Shown piece after piece: positions 1 through 12,080 of a stretch of DNA of 64,000 bases. Where the stretch lies: NCBI RefSeq assembly GCF_058153355.1, contig NZ_CM177019.1. One strand, written 5' to 3'. The notes below the pieces were generated by a model. The model saw only the letters and a program-made list of their open reading frames with translations, was not told the DNA's origin and ran no database searches. The translations under genes and the position numbers were made by a program. Within the stretch, counting starts at the first letter, position 1. Every line of letters starts with the position of its first letter.

Positions 1-2107
1 AAGCAACAAACGCCGCCAGCATCGACGGTACAAAATGCGTGGTCGTTACGCCATATTCAGCAAAGAATTGCTGCATAGCGAGCGGATCGCGGTGCGCTTC
101 CGGTTCAGCCATCACCAGTTTCGCCCCGGCAATAAACGGCCAGAAAAACTCCCACACCGAGACATCAAAACTGCACGGCGTTTTTTGGGCAACAACATCT
201 TCGCCTGTGAGCGGGTAGTGGTTTTGCATCCATAATAGGCGGTTAACGATAGCCGTCTGCCCGACCATCACCCCTTTCGGCCTGCCGGTGGAACCGGAGG
301 TGAAGATGATATAAGCCGTGTGGTGCGGTTGTGAAAGTTGCAGCGGCGCACTGACCTGCGGTGTAAGCGGGGCGTTATAGCAAAGACTGGTTAAATTGGG
401 GATATCGCTAAAGCGCGGCAGTTGATCATCGGTGGTGATTAACAGTGACGGACGCGCATCTTCCAGCATCATTTTCAGGCGATCGTCTGGATAGCCCGTA
501 TCCAGCGGTAGCCAGGCCGCACCAGCTTCAACTATCGCATGTAGCGCCATAGTCAAAAAGACCGAGCGCGGTAGTGCCACCGCTACGCTGTCGCCAGGTT
601 TAACGCCGCGCTCACGCAGCAGATTCGCCAGCGCCACCACCTGCTCGCGCATTTCCCGATAACTGAACTGGTAACGCACATCTGCCAGTGCCGGAGCATC
701 CGGCGTTTTTGCCGCCTGTTCTGCCACCAGCGCGCTCAGTGTGGTTTCTGGAATCTCAACCTGAGTGGCGTTGATCTGCGCCAGCTGTGCATACTCTTCT
801 GGCAGCAGAATATCGACATCGCCGCACAACCGCGCCGGATCCGCGGCAAACTGCGCCGTCAGCATTTTCAGCCGTTCAGCATGCTTGATTAACGTTGGCT
901 CATCGTAACGCTGTTTATTGGCGAGGATCTCAATACTCAAATCACCGTTTTCATCCGGGAAAAGGGCCAGTTCAAGGTCATTAACCGGACCGGTTGCCAG
1001 GGTATGGGTTTGCGCCTGTACCCCCGGAATATCTAACTGATAATCAAATACTTTAATATTGAGCACCGGACCGAACAGCGGTTCCTCTCCCGCCGCGCGC
1101 CCGCTGTCACGGACAATTTGTTCGGCATCGTAACGTTGATGACGACGCATTTTTTTCAGTTGTGCCGCTAGTCGTGCTGCCAGTTGCGGCAATGTTTCTT
1201 GTGCCTCAATGTGAATACCCAACGGCAACACGTTGAGCACGGGTCCGGTAGCCGTCAGCGCCGCTGAGCCCAGTCGACGCATAAAGATAAATCCGGCGGC
1301 GTAGTCCATGCGGTTGCACAATCGCCCCAGCCACAAAGCCGCCAGCGCAAGGGCTATATCGGTACGTTGTACACCTGAAAGTTGCGTAGCCAACTGGCGG
1401 AATTCCCCGCCGTTAAATTCCAGTTTCAGACGCAAAATATCTGCCGAGGCGCTGCGCCCTGGTAAAGGGGCCGGAGAAAGTGACGCGGGCGGTGGTAGTT
1501 GACGACGCTGTTCCGCCCAGAATGCCGCATCACGCTGCCAGGCTTCGCTTTCGCGGTACTGCTGGTACTCTTCCACGACATCAGCGAAAGGCGTAAACGG
1601 CGAAGCAGGCGTTGGTTCGCCACACCCCCATGCACAGTAAATGTTGGCGATCTGGCGGGTAATGACCGGGAAACTGAAGCCATCGACCAGCAAATGGTGG
1701 TAACGCTGATACCAGTACCAGCGGTTATCTGCCACCTGTATCAGTTGATGAAAAACCAGAGGTTTACCGCTATCGACGCGCAGATCTTGTTGCAAATCCG
1801 CCTGCATTAATGCCTGCGCAGTACCGTGCGGATCAATGTTGGTTCGCAGGTCGATAATTTCTGGCAGTTCGAACGTCAGCGCATCATCGACCCATTGCCA
1901 GACTTCGCCGTTATCTTCCGTAAAACGCATCCGCAGCGTATCTGCTTGCGCTAATCCGGCAACCACCGCGCGAGCCAGTAATGGCGCATCAACATCTCCG
2001 GTTAACTCAACGTAATGCGCCACGCTCCAGGCGGAGGGTAAATCCGACAGTTTTTCTGCCATCCAGATGCCGGGCTGTGCGGCAACTAAAGGTAAATGCT
2101 GGCTCAT
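1..2107 (-). CDS. entF: Enterobactin non-ribosomal peptide synthetase EntF, N-terminal ~700 aa (condensation domain and start of adenylation domain); gene runs off the window edge
   Basis: Minus-strand reading frame open from 2107 to position 1 with no stop; translation begins MSQHLPLVAAQPGIWMAEKL, matching EntF as recalled. ATG overlaps the ybdZ stop (ATGA). Not in the ORF track because it is truncated by the window. Confidence 0.92.
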   Translation of the reverse strand, partial: MSQHLPLVAAQPGIWMAEKLSDLPSAWSVAHYVELTGDVDAPLLARAVVAGLAQADTLRMRFTEDNGEVWQWVDDALTFELPEIIDLRTNIDPHGTAQALMQADLQQDLRVDSGKPLVFHQLIQVADNRWYWYQRYHHLLVDGFSFPVITRQIANIYCAWGCGEPTPASPFTPFADVVEEYQQYRESEAWQRDAAFWAEQRRQLPPPASLSPAPLPGRSASADILRLKLEFNGGEFRQLATQLSGVQRTDIALALAALWLGRLCNRMDYAAGFIFMRRLGSAALTATGPVLNVLPLGIHIEAQETLPQLAARLAAQLKKMRRHQRYDAEQIVRDSGRAAGEEPLFGPVLNIKVFDYQLDIPGVQAQTHTLATGPVNDLELALFPDENGDLSIEILANKQRYDEPTLIKHAERLKMLTAQFAADPARLCGDVDILLPEEYAQLAQINATQVEIPETTLSALVAEQAAKTPDAPALADVRYQFSYREMREQVVALANLLRERGVKPGDSVAVALPRSVFLTMALHAIVEAGAAWLPLDTGYPDDRLKMMLEDARPSLLITTDDQLPRFSDIPNLTSLCYNAPLTPQVSAPLQLSQPHHTAYIIFTSGSTGRPKGVMVGQTAIVNRLLWMQNHYPLTGEDVVAQKTPCSFDVSVWEFFWPFIAGAKLVMAEPEAHRDPLAMQQFFAEYGVTTTHFVPSMLAAFVA

Positions 2108-2322
2108 TGCGCCTCCTGCTGCTGGATGAAATTCGCCGGTGTCAGAGTACGCCAGTGGGCGTCCAGCCACTGCTGGCAGGACGCCTGTGACTGCGGCTGA
2201 CACACAACATCCCAGCCTGCCGGTAAGGCGCACTGTTGCGGCCACAGACTGAATTGCCCCTGCGCATTGCGTAAAATGTAAAACACGCCCTGCGGATCAT
2301 CGAAGGGATTACTGAATGCCAT
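2104..2322 (-). CDS. ybdZ: MbtH-like protein YbdZ (enterobactin synthesis accessory protein), 72 aa
   Basis: ORF track 2104..2328; internal ATG at 2322 gives MAFSNPFDDPQGVFYILRN, the recalled YbdZ N-terminus; position between fes and entF. Confidence 0.9.
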   Translation of the reverse strand: MAFSNPFDDPQGVFYILRNAQGQFSLWPQQCALPAGWDVVCQPQSQASCQQWLDAHWRTLTPANFIQQQEAQ

Positions 2323-2324
2323 AT

Positions 2325-3527
2325 TCAACTCCTGTCATGGAAAAGTGGTTGCCAGAGGTCGATTAGCCCCTGCATCAAGCCACCGCGCCAACAAAGCGCA
2401 TCATGTCCGCCGTCAACCTGACGCCAGAAAATGGATTCTTTTAGGGGGGCTAATTGCGCATACAGCGCCTGATTGGCCCGCATGATCATCGGCTCGCGAA
2501 GACCCGCTTCCAGCACAATGCGCAGACCTTCGGCGCTAACTTCACCAGCTTTGAGCTGTTCAAGTAACACGCCCTCTTGCTGCCCGCCCCGATGCGGCCA
2601 CCAGTACGATCCCGACTGGCTTAATACACAGCCAAAGCGTTCAGGCCAGTGCAGTCCGGCATACAGCGCGGAAAGTCCACCAAAACTCTGCCCTGCGACC
2701 ACGGTGCGATCGGCGTGATCGCTAAAGGGGGCGATAGTTTTCACCTGGGGTAATAACTCTTGCTGTACTGCCAGCCAGAAATCCGCATTACACGGCAGTT
2801 CGTGGGCACGTTGCGTGGTGTCGATAGCGTCGATCAACACGTACACGGCGGGAGGAAGTTGCTGACGATGGGTCAACGAAGTCAGCACAGGCCAGACGGG
2901 CATACTCTGCGCCCAAAATTCGCCATCAAGTAAAACTGCCAGCGGACGTTCTTCTGCTGTTGCATCGCCGGTGGTAAAAATCCATACACGGCGTGAATTT
3001 TTCAACCGTTCACTTTTCCAGATAATTTCTTTGGCAGGCGTTTCTGGCGCTTGCGGACAATCCCATCCTGGTTGCAGGGGCGCTTGCGGCATTTCGAGTG
3101 CAGAAACAGCGTGCCCTCGCCCGCCTTTCCAGCTTTGTGGATTTAGCGGATCGGCTATCGCCTGGGGTAATAGTTTTCGCCAGCCTTCGCGCAATTCGAG
3201 GCGATCAGGTGATGGTGCAGAAAAAATGTCATCACGTTCGGTAGGAATAAAACAGTAGCTGCCGCGCCAGTTGGCATTGAGTTGTGTCGTCCACTGCCAG
3301 ACATCGGTCCCTGCAATTCGCTGCATCGACTGGGGCTGGCTGTTCTGATGGTGATCGGTCACGCCAGTGATATAGACCCATACGCGCTTTATCGTCGAGT
3401 GGTCTTCAGAACCTTGTGGATCACGCCACCAGAAAGTGACCTGATACATTTCGTCATTCAGACGCTGACATTCCGGGCCATGTTTCGACTGCCACCAGCT
3501 CTCACTTCCTACTTTTAACGCCGTCAC
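2325..3527 (-). CDS. fes: Enterochelin (ferric enterobactin) esterase Fes
   Basis: 400-aa ORF starting MTALKVGSESWWQSKHGPE; contains esterase motif GQSFGG; divergent from fepA across a Fur-box region. Exact start not verified. Confidence 0.93.
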   Translation of the reverse strand: MTALKVGSESWWQSKHGPECQRLNDEMYQVTFWWRDPQGSEDHSTIKRVWVYITGVTDHHQNSQPQSMQRIAGTDVWQWTTQLNANWRGSYCFIPTERDDIFSAPSPDRLELREGWRKLLPQAIADPLNPQSWKGGRGHAVSALEMPQAPLQPGWDCPQAPETPAKEIIWKSERLKNSRRVWIFTTGDATAEERPLAVLLDGEFWAQSMPVWPVLTSLTHRQQLPPAVYVLIDAIDTTQRAHELPCNADFWLAVQQELLPQVKTIAPFSDHADRTVVAGQSFGGLSALYAGLHWPERFGCVLSQSGSYWWPHRGGQQEGVLLEQLKAGEVSAEGLRIVLEAGLREPMIMRANQALYAQLAPLKESIFWRQVDGGHDALCWRGGLMQGLIDLWQPLFHDRS

Positions 3528-3569
3528 ACCATAACCCCATGTTTACTGTGCAATTTTTCATTGATTGCA

Positions 3570-3625
3570 GAAATATATTGATAATATTATTGATAACTAT
3601 TTGCATTTGCAATAGCGTAATGGCG
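3570..3625. promoter_or_regulatory. Bidirectional fes / fepA-entD promoter region with overlapping Fur boxes
   Basis: Sequence attgataatattattgataactatttgcatttgcaat resembles iterated Fur-box hexamers (GATAAT/ATTATC) in an AT-rich divergent intergenic region. Confidence 0.6.
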
Positions 3626-3769
3626 CGCCGTGGGAAGCGCGGACATTAATTAACCAACTGCACTGCGTGTCTTTCAGGATCAAAGGTTTTCGCGGTAGCG
3701 GGATACGTCGTATTGATGACGACTACGCCCGACAGTTGCAATTCGTGGCAAAAATGCAGGAATAAAACA

Positions 3770-6010
3770 ATGAACAAGAAGATTCATTCCCTGGCCTTGT
3801 TGGTCAATCTGGGGATTTATGGGGTAGCGCAGGCACAAGAGCCAACCGATACTCCTGTTTCACATGACGATACTATTGTCGTTACCGCCGCCGAGCAGAA
3901 CTTGCAGGCGCCTGGCGTTTCGACCATCACCGCAGATGAAATCCGCAAAAACCCGGTTGCCCGCGATGTATCGGAGATCATTCGTACCATGCCTGGCGTT
4001 AACCTGACCGGTAACTCCACCAGTGGTCAGCGTGGTAATAATCGCCAGATTGATATTCGCGGCATGGGTCCGGAAAATACGCTGATTTTGATTGACGGTA
4101 AGCCTGTCAGCAGCCGTAACTCGGTGCGTCAGGGCTGGCGTGGCGAGCGTGATACCCGTGGTGATACCTCCTGGGTGCCGCCTGAAATGATTGAACGTAT
4201 TGAAGTTCTGCGTGGTCCGGCAGCTGCGCGTTATGGCAACGGCGCGGCGGGCGGCGTGGTTAACATCATTACCAAAAAAGGCAGCGGCGAGTGGCACGGC
4301 TCCTGGGATGCTTATTTCAATGCGCCAGAGCATAAAGAGGAAGGTGCCACCAAACGCACCAATTTCAGCTTGACCGGTCCGCTGGGCGACGAATTCAGCT
4401 TCCGTTTATATGGCAACCTCGACAAAACTCAGGCTGATGCGTGGGATATTAACCAGGGCCATCAGTCAGCGCGTGCCGGAACGTATGCCACGACGTTACC
4501 AGCCGGGCGCGAAGGGGTGATCAACAAAGATATCAATGGCGTGGTGCGTTGGGACTTCGCCCCTATGCAATCACTCGAACTTGAAGCGGGCTACAGCCGC
4601 CAGGGTAACCTGTATGCAGGTGATACCCAAAACACCAACTCCGATTCCTATACGCGCTCGAAATATGGCGATGAAACCAACCGCCTGTATCGCCAGAACT
4701 ACTCGCTGACCTGGAACGGTGGCTGGGATAACGGCGTGACCACCAGCAATTGGGTGCAGTACGAACACACCCGTAACTCGCGTATACCGGAAGGTTTGGC
4801 GGGCGGCACCGAAGGGAAATTTAACGAAAAAGCGACACAAGATTTCGTCGATATCGATCTTGATGACGTGATGTTGCACAGCGAAGTTAACCTGCCGATT
4901 GATTTCCTCGTTAACCAGACGCTGACGCTGGGGACTGAGTGGAATCAGCAGCGGATGAAGGACTTAAGTTCCAACACCCAGGCGCTGACCGGAACGAATA
5001 CCGGCGGTGCTATTGATGGTGTAAGTGCCACTGACCGTAGCCCATATTCAAAGGCAGAAATTTTCTCGCTATTTGCCGAAAACAACATGGAGCTGACTGA
5101 CAGCACCATCGTAACGCCGGGGCTGCGTTTCGATCATCACAGCATTGTCGGCAATAACTGGAGTCCGGCGCTGAATATATCGCAAGGTTTAGGCGATGAC
5201 TTCACGCTGAAAATGGGCATCGCCCGTGCTTATAAAGCGCCGAGCCTGTACCAGACTAACCCGAACTACATTCTCTACAGTAAAGGTCAGGGCTGCTATG
5301 CCAGCGCGGGCGGCTGCTATTTGCAAGGTAATGATGACCTGAAAGCGGAAACCAGCATCAACAAAGAGATTGGTCTGGAGTTCAAACGCGACGGCTGGCT
5401 GGCGGGCGTCACCTGGTTCCGTAACGATTATCGCAATAAGATTGAAGCGGGCTATGTGGCTGTAGGGCAAAACGCAGTCGGCACCGATCTCTATCAGTGG
5501 GATAACGTGCCGAAAGCGGTGGTTGAAGGTCTGGAAGGATCGTTAAACGTACCGGTTAGCGAAACGGTGATGTGGACCAACAACATCACTTATATGCTGA
5601 AGAGTGAAAACAAAACCACGGGCGACCGTTTATCGATCATCCCGGAGTATACGTTGAACTCAACGCTGAGCTGGCAGGCACGGGAAGATTTGTCGATGCA
5701 AACGACCTTCACCTGGTACGGCAAGCAGCAGCCGAAGAAGTACAACTATAAAGGTCAGCCAGCGGTTGGACCGGAAACCAAAGAAATTAGCCCTTACAGC
5801 ATTGTTGGCCTGAGCGCGACCTGGGATGTGACGAAGAATGTCAGTCTGACCGGCGGCGTGGACAACCTGTTCGACAAGCGTTTGTGGCGAGCGGGTAATG
5901 CCCAGACCACGGGCGATTTGGCAGGAGCCAACTATATCGCGGGTGCCGGGGCGTATACCTATAACGAGCCGGGACGTACATGGTATATGAGCGTAAACAC
6001 TCACTTCTGA
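3770..6010 (+). CDS. fepA: TonB-dependent ferric enterobactin outer-membrane receptor FepA, 746 aa
   Basis: ORF track 3713..6010; internal ATG at 3770 gives MNKKIHSLALLVNLGIYGVAQAQEPTDT (signal peptide), the recalled FepA start; C-terminal aromatic residue typical of beta-barrel OMPs. Confidence 0.95.
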   Translation: MNKKIHSLALLVNLGIYGVAQAQEPTDTPVSHDDTIVVTAAEQNLQAPGVSTITADEIRKNPVARDVSEIIRTMPGVNLTGNSTSGQRGNNRQIDIRGMGPENTLILIDGKPVSSRNSVRQGWRGERDTRGDTSWVPPEMIERIEVLRGPAAARYGNGAAGGVVNIITKKGSGEWHGSWDAYFNAPEHKEEGATKRTNFSLTGPLGDEFSFRLYGNLDKTQADAWDINQGHQSARAGTYATTLPAGREGVINKDINGVVRWDFAPMQSLELEAGYSRQGNLYAGDTQNTNSDSYTRSKYGDETNRLYRQNYSLTWNGGWDNGVTTSNWVQYEHTRNSRIPEGLAGGTEGKFNEKATQDFVDIDLDDVMLHSEVNLPIDFLVNQTLTLGTEWNQQRMKDLSSNTQALTGTNTGGAIDGVSATDRSPYSKAEIFSLFAENNMELTDSTIVTPGLRFDHHSIVGNNWSPALNISQGLGDDFTLKMGIARAYKAPSLYQTNPNYILYSKGQGCYASAGGCYLQGNDDLKAETSINKEIGLEFKRDGWLAGVTWFRNDYRNKIEAGYVAVGQNAVGTDLYQWDNVPKAVVEGLEGSLNVPVSETVMWTNNITYMLKSENKTTGDRLSIIPEYTLNSTLSWQAREDLSMQTTFTWYGKQQPKKYNYKGQPAVGPETKEISPYSIVGLSATWDVTKNVSLTGGVDNLFDKRLWRAGNAQTTGDLAGANYIAGAGAYTYNEPGRTWYMSVNTHF

Positions 6011-6042
6011 TGCTAACGTCAGATTGTTGACAAAGTGCGCGT

Positions 6043-6150
6043 CGTTCATGCCGGATGCGGCGTGAACGCCTTATCCGGCCTACAAAAATCTTGCCAATTC
6101 AATATATTGCAGGATAGTGTAGGCCTGATAAGCGTAGCGCATCAGGCAGT
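6043..6150. repeat. REP (repetitive extragenic palindromic) elements between fepA and entD
   Basis: gccggatgcggcgtgaacgccttatccggcctac and inverted partner gtaggcctgataagcgtagcgcatcaggc are canonical E. coli REP sequences. Confidence 0.65.
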
Positions 6151-6184
6151 TTTGCGTTTGTCATCAGTCTCTAATATGGTCGAT

Positions 6185-6805
6185 ATGAAAACTACGCATA
6201 CCTCCCTCCCCTTTGCCGGACATACGCTGCATTTTGTTGAGTTCGATCCAGTAAATTTTCGCGAGCAGGATTTACTCTGGCTGCCACACTACGCACAACT
6301 GCAACACGCTGGACGTAAACGTAAAACAGAGCATTTAGCCGGACGGATCGCTGCTGTTTACGCCTTGCGGGAATATGGCTATAAATGTGTGCCCGCAATC
6401 GGCGAGCTACGCCAACCTGTGTGGCCTGCGGAGGTATACGGCAGTATTAGCCACTGCGGGACTACAGCATTAGCCGTGGTATCTCGTCAACCGATTGGCA
6501 TTGATATCGAAGAGATTTTCTCTGTACAAACCGCAAGAGAATTGACAGACAACATTATTACACCAGCAGAACACGAGCGACTCGCAGAATGCGGTTTAAC
6601 CTTTTCTCTGGCGCTGACACTGGCATTTTCCGCCAAAGAGAGCGCATTTAAGGAAAGCAAGATACAGGCCGCTCAAGGTTTTCTGGGTTATCAGATAATT
6701 AGCTGGAATAAACAGCAGATCATCATTCGACTAGAGGATGAGCAGTTTGCTGTGCACTGGCAGATAAAAGAAAAAATAGTCATAACGCTGTGCCAACACG
6801 ATTAA
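6185..6805 (+). CDS. entD: Enterobactin synthase phosphopantetheinyl transferase EntD, 206 aa
   Basis: ORF track 6035..6805; ATG at 6185 gives MKTTHTSLPFAGHTLHFVEFDP, the recalled EntD start; downstream of fepA on the same strand. Confidence 0.9.
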   Translation: MKTTHTSLPFAGHTLHFVEFDPVNFREQDLLWLPHYAQLQHAGRKRKTEHLAGRIAAVYALREYGYKCVPAIGELRQPVWPAEVYGSISHCGTTALAVVSRQPIGIDIEEIFSVQTARELTDNIITPAEHERLAECGLTFSLALTLAFSAKESAFKESKIQAAQGFLGYQIISWNKQQIIIRLEDEQFAVHWQIKEKIVITLCQHD

Positions 6806-6825
6806 TTGACAACATCTGGTACGAT

Positions 6826-7290
6826 TCGCCCGCAGCCATCACTGACCACGGGCGAAAGTGTAAAGCAGGTGCCTTACCATCCTGACCTAACAACCGGATA
6901 TGCGGGGATTACTCCCCGCACAACGGCTACTTCTTCGGTTCGTAAGCGAGAACAGCCCTGAACTCAATATTACGTTCCTTTACGGTGAACTCACACAGCG
7001 AGTCGCCGACCAGAAGCGTAAATCCCAGCACTGTCAAACACAGCACTATGACCGCCACAAGGGCATATTTCGTCAGCATGTTTATATTGCCTCCATGCGA
7101 AGAAGGGACTACCATCCAAATTGTCTGGTTTGGAGTGGCGGCCCCAGGGTTGATAGAAATATCTCCTGGGGCTTCATCTTTCCAGACCTCAGAGTAAACC
7201 TGAAACCGGAAAGCTTCAGGCACCCGCCGTTATCTTACCCTTCCTTAGCAAAATGGCTGTTTATTTATACAGTGAGTCCTGTTTCGGACT
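6826..7290. repeat. Tandem repeat unit 1 of a hok/sok-type locus (~465 bp)
   Basis: Near-identical to 7328..7792 at an offset of 502 bp (direct tandem duplication with a few substitutions). Confidence 0.85.
6927..7079 (-). CDS. Hok-family type I toxin (membrane peptide), 50 aa, tandem copy 1
   Basis: C-terminal 50 aa of minus ORF 6927..7223: [50 protein letters not shown]; Hok/Gef family signature. Confidence 0.8.
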   Translation of the reverse strand: MLTKYALVAVIVLCLTVLGFTLLVGDSLCEFTVKERNIEFRAVLAYEPKK

Positions 7291-7327
7291 TCTGTTGGCA
7301 AAACTGATCATTGCCCTTAAAACGACA

Positions 7328-7792
7328 TCGCCCGCAGCCATCACTGACCGCGGGCGAAAGTGTAAAGCAGGTGCCTTACCATCCTGACCTGACAACCGGA
7401 TATGCGGGGATTACTCCCCGCACAACGGCTACTTCTTCGGTTCGTAAGCGAGAACAGCCTTAAACTCAATATTACGTTCCTTTACGGTGAACTCACACAG
7501 CGAGTCGCCGACAAGAAGCGTAAATCCCAGCACCGTCAAACACAGCACTATGACTGCCACAAAGGCATATTTCGTCAGCATGTTTATATTGCCTCCATGC
7601 GAAGAAGGGACTACCATCCAAATTGTTCGGGTTTGGAGTGGCAGCCCCAGGGTTGATAGAAATATCTCCTGGGGCTTCATCTTCCAGACCTCAGAGTAAA
7701 CCTGAAACCGGAAAGCTTCAGGCACCCGCCGTTATCTTACCCTTCCTTAGCAAAATAGCTGTTTATTTATACAGTTGGTCTTATTTCGGACT
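7328..7792. repeat. Tandem repeat unit 2 of a hok/sok-type locus (~465 bp)
   Basis: Direct repeat of 6826..7290. Confidence 0.85.
7429..7581 (-). CDS. hokE: Hok-family type I toxin HokE-like, 50 aa, tandem copy 2 (adjacent to ybdK)
   Basis: [50 protein letters not shown]; position next to ybdK matches the hokE locus of K-12. Confidence 0.8.
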   Translation of the reverse strand: MLTKYAFVAVIVLCLTVLGFTLLVGDSLCEFTVKERNIEFKAVLAYEPKK

Positions 7793-8023
7793 TCTCACTA
7801 CGCATTAGATCAACCGAAACTAAGCCAGTTTTTCCTTCGCCCCTCAATCGTCAAAATTCTCCGCCGCCAGCCAGCTCTGCCATAACCTGGCACATTGCAA
7901 AAGTAGCCAAATTGCTTCAGTAGCAATCAGTTCACCATCACCAAAAAAAAAGAAACATTCCAGAACTTCCGCATCTCCCCCGGCCGCTCCCACTTCTATA
8001 CTGAAATGAAAACGCCAACATAA

Positions 8024-9151
<1,128 letters not shown>

Positions 9152-9216
9152 GTCGGGAATTGCCTTACAGAAGAATATCCCTGACAATGGTGTTTTAACT
9201 TACATTTAACAATGTT

Positions 9217-9465
9217 ATGAAACACCCTTTAGAAACCTTAACCACCGCAGCAGGCATTTTGCTGATGGCTTTCCTCTCTTGCCTGCTGCTGCCCGCCCCC
9301 GCACTGGGACTGACGCTGGCACAAAAACTGGTGAACACGTTCCATCTGATGGATCTTAGCCAGCTTTACACTTTATTGTTTTGCCTGTGGTTTTTAGTGC
9401 TGGGCGCAATTGAGTATTTTGTTCTGCGCTTTATCTGGCGACGCTGGTTCTCGCTGGCGGATTAA
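9217..9465 (+). CDS. ybdJ: Small inner-membrane protein YbdJ, 82 aa
   Basis: 82-aa ORF with two hydrophobic segments; synteny ybdK-ybdJ-ybdF. Confidence 0.8.
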   Translation: MKHPLETLTTAAGILLMAFLSCLLLPAPALGLTLAQKLVNTFHLMDLSQLYTLLFCLWFLVLGAIEYFVLRFIWRRWFSLAD

Positions 9466-9529
9466 ACGTCGATTATCGCCGTACTTCACGGCATACTTTG
9501 CTTATTCTCCTTCGCCTAAAGGAACGTTT

Positions 9530-9898
9530 ATGGATAAGCAATCACTGCACGAAACGGCGAAACGCCTGGCCCTTGAGTTACCCTTTGTCGAGCTTTGCTG
9601 GCCTTTTGGCCCGGAGTTCGATGTTTTTAAAATTGGCGGCAAGATTTTTATGCTGTCGTCGGAGCTGCGCGGCGTCCCCTTTATCAATTTGAAGTCCGAT
9701 CCACAAAAATCCCTGTTAAATCAGCAGATATACCCGAGCATTAAGCCAGGGTATCACATGAATAAGAAGCACTGGATTTCAGTGTATCCAGGCGATGAGA
9801 TCTCCGAAGCGTTACTGCGCGATCTTATCGATGATTCATGGAATTTAGTGGTTGATGGCTTATCTAAACGCGATCAAAAAAGAGTGCGCCCAGAGTAA
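9530..9898 (+). CDS. ybdF: Uncharacterized protein YbdF, 122 aa
   Basis: ORF track 9410..9898; internal ATG at 9530 ([19 protein letters not shown]) gives 122 aa, consistent with YbdF. Confidence 0.82.
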   Translation: MDKQSLHETAKRLALELPFVELCWPFGPEFDVFKIGGKIFMLSSELRGVPFINLKSDPQKSLLNQQIYPSIKPGYHMNKKHWISVYPGDEISEALLRDLIDDSWNLVVDGLSKRDQKRVRPE

Positions 9899-9992
9899 AA
9901 GCGAAAATCTATAGCGCATTTTTCTCGCTTACCATTTCTTGTTGAACCTTGTAATCTGCTGGCACGCAAAATTACTTACACATGGAGTCTTT

Positions 9993-10646
9993 ATGGATAT
10001 CATTTCTGTCGCCTTAAAGCGTCATTCCACTAAGGCATTTGATGCCAGCAATAAACTTACCCCGGAACAGGCCGAGCAGATCAAAATGCTGCTGCAGTAC
10101 AGCCCATCCAGCACCAACTCCCAGCCGTGGCATTTTATTGTTGCCAGCACGGAAGAAGGCAAAGCGCGTGTTGCCAAATCCGCCGCCGATAATTACGTGT
10201 TCAACGAGCGCAAAATGCTTGATGCCTCGCACGTCGTGGTGTTCTGCGCGAAAACCGCGATGGACGATGCCTGGCTGAAACAGGTTGTTGACCAGGAAGA
10301 TGCCGATGGCCGCTTTGCCACGCCGGAAGCGAAAGCCGCGAACGATAAAGGTCGCAAATTCTTCGCCGATATGCACCGTAAAGATCTGCATGATGATGCT
10401 GAGTGGATGGCAAAACAGGTTTACCTCAACGTCGGTAACTTCCTGCTGGGCGTTGCGGCGCTGGGTCTGGACGCGGTGCCAATCGAAGGTTTTGACGCAG
10501 CAATCCTCGATGAAGAATTCGGTTTGAAAGAGAAAGGCTACACCAGCCTGGTGGTTGTTCCGGTAGGTCATCACAGCGTCGAAGATTTCAACGCTACACT
10601 GCCGAAATCCCGTCTGCCGCAAAACATCACCATAACTGAAGTGTAA
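9993..10646 (+). CDS. nfsB: Oxygen-insensitive NAD(P)H nitroreductase NfsB, 217 aa
   Basis: ORF track 9939..10646; ATG at 9993 gives [19 protein letters not shown], the recalled NfsB start. Confidence 0.93.
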   Translation: MDIISVALKRHSTKAFDASNKLTPEQAEQIKMLLQYSPSSTNSQPWHFIVASTEEGKARVAKSAADNYVFNERKMLDASHVVVFCAKTAMDDAWLKQVVDQEDADGRFATPEAKAANDKGRKFFADMHRKDLHDDAEWMAKQVYLNVGNFLLGVAALGLDAVPIEGFDAAILDEEFGLKEKGYTSLVVVPVGHHSVEDFNATLPKSRLPQNITITEV

Positions 10647-10654
10647 TTCTCCTT

Positions 10655-10676
10655 TGCCGGGCATCCGCCCGGCTAT
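10655..10676 (+). terminator. Possible terminator hairpin after nfsB
   Basis: Perfect stem gccgggc-atcc-gcccggc immediately after the nfsB stop, followed by a weak T-rich tract (tatttcc). Confidence 0.4.
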
Positions 10677-10705
10677 TTCCCCTCAGATTATCCTGATTTG
10701 CATAA

Positions 10706-12001
<1,296 letters not shown>

Positions 12002-12008
12002 TTAAAAA

Positions 12009-12039
12009 ACCGCTCTCATCGAATGGATGAGAGCGGTTT
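12009..12039. terminator. Bidirectional rho-independent terminator between convergent ybdG and pheP
   Basis: Stem-loop accgctctcatc-gaatg-gatgagagcggtt flanked by A-run upstream and T-run downstream. Confidence 0.65.
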
Positions 12040-12080
12040 AGGATGGTTGACATCGTTTTGTCGGATGTAGCGTGAACGCC

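Noticed and set aside
3713-3769. Upstream extensions of fepA (765 aa), entD (256 aa), nfsB (235 aa), gcl (623 aa), allB (469 aa), purE (178 aa) and others in the ORF track
   Set aside because: The longest-ORF starts precede recognisable native N-termini (signal peptides or conserved first residues). Internal start codons matching recalled N-termini and expected protein lengths were used instead.
6927-7223. 98-aa minus-strand ORFs that extend Hok N-terminally in frame (6927..7223 and 7429..7725)
   Set aside because: The Hok family peptide is about 50 aa starting MLTKY. The upstream extension probably reflects an alternative start codon or the overlapping mok-like leader frame, not a longer toxin, so only the 50-aa CDS was annotated.
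6900-7307. Plus-strand ORFs of 135 aa, 70 aa and 84 aa (6900..7307, 6985..7197, 7402..7656, 7487..7699) inside the hok repeat units
   Set aside because: They are antisense to or overlap the Hok coding frame, are duplicated only because the DNA is duplicated, and have no protein-like composition. The plus strand here more plausibly encodes the short sok-type antisense RNA than a protein.
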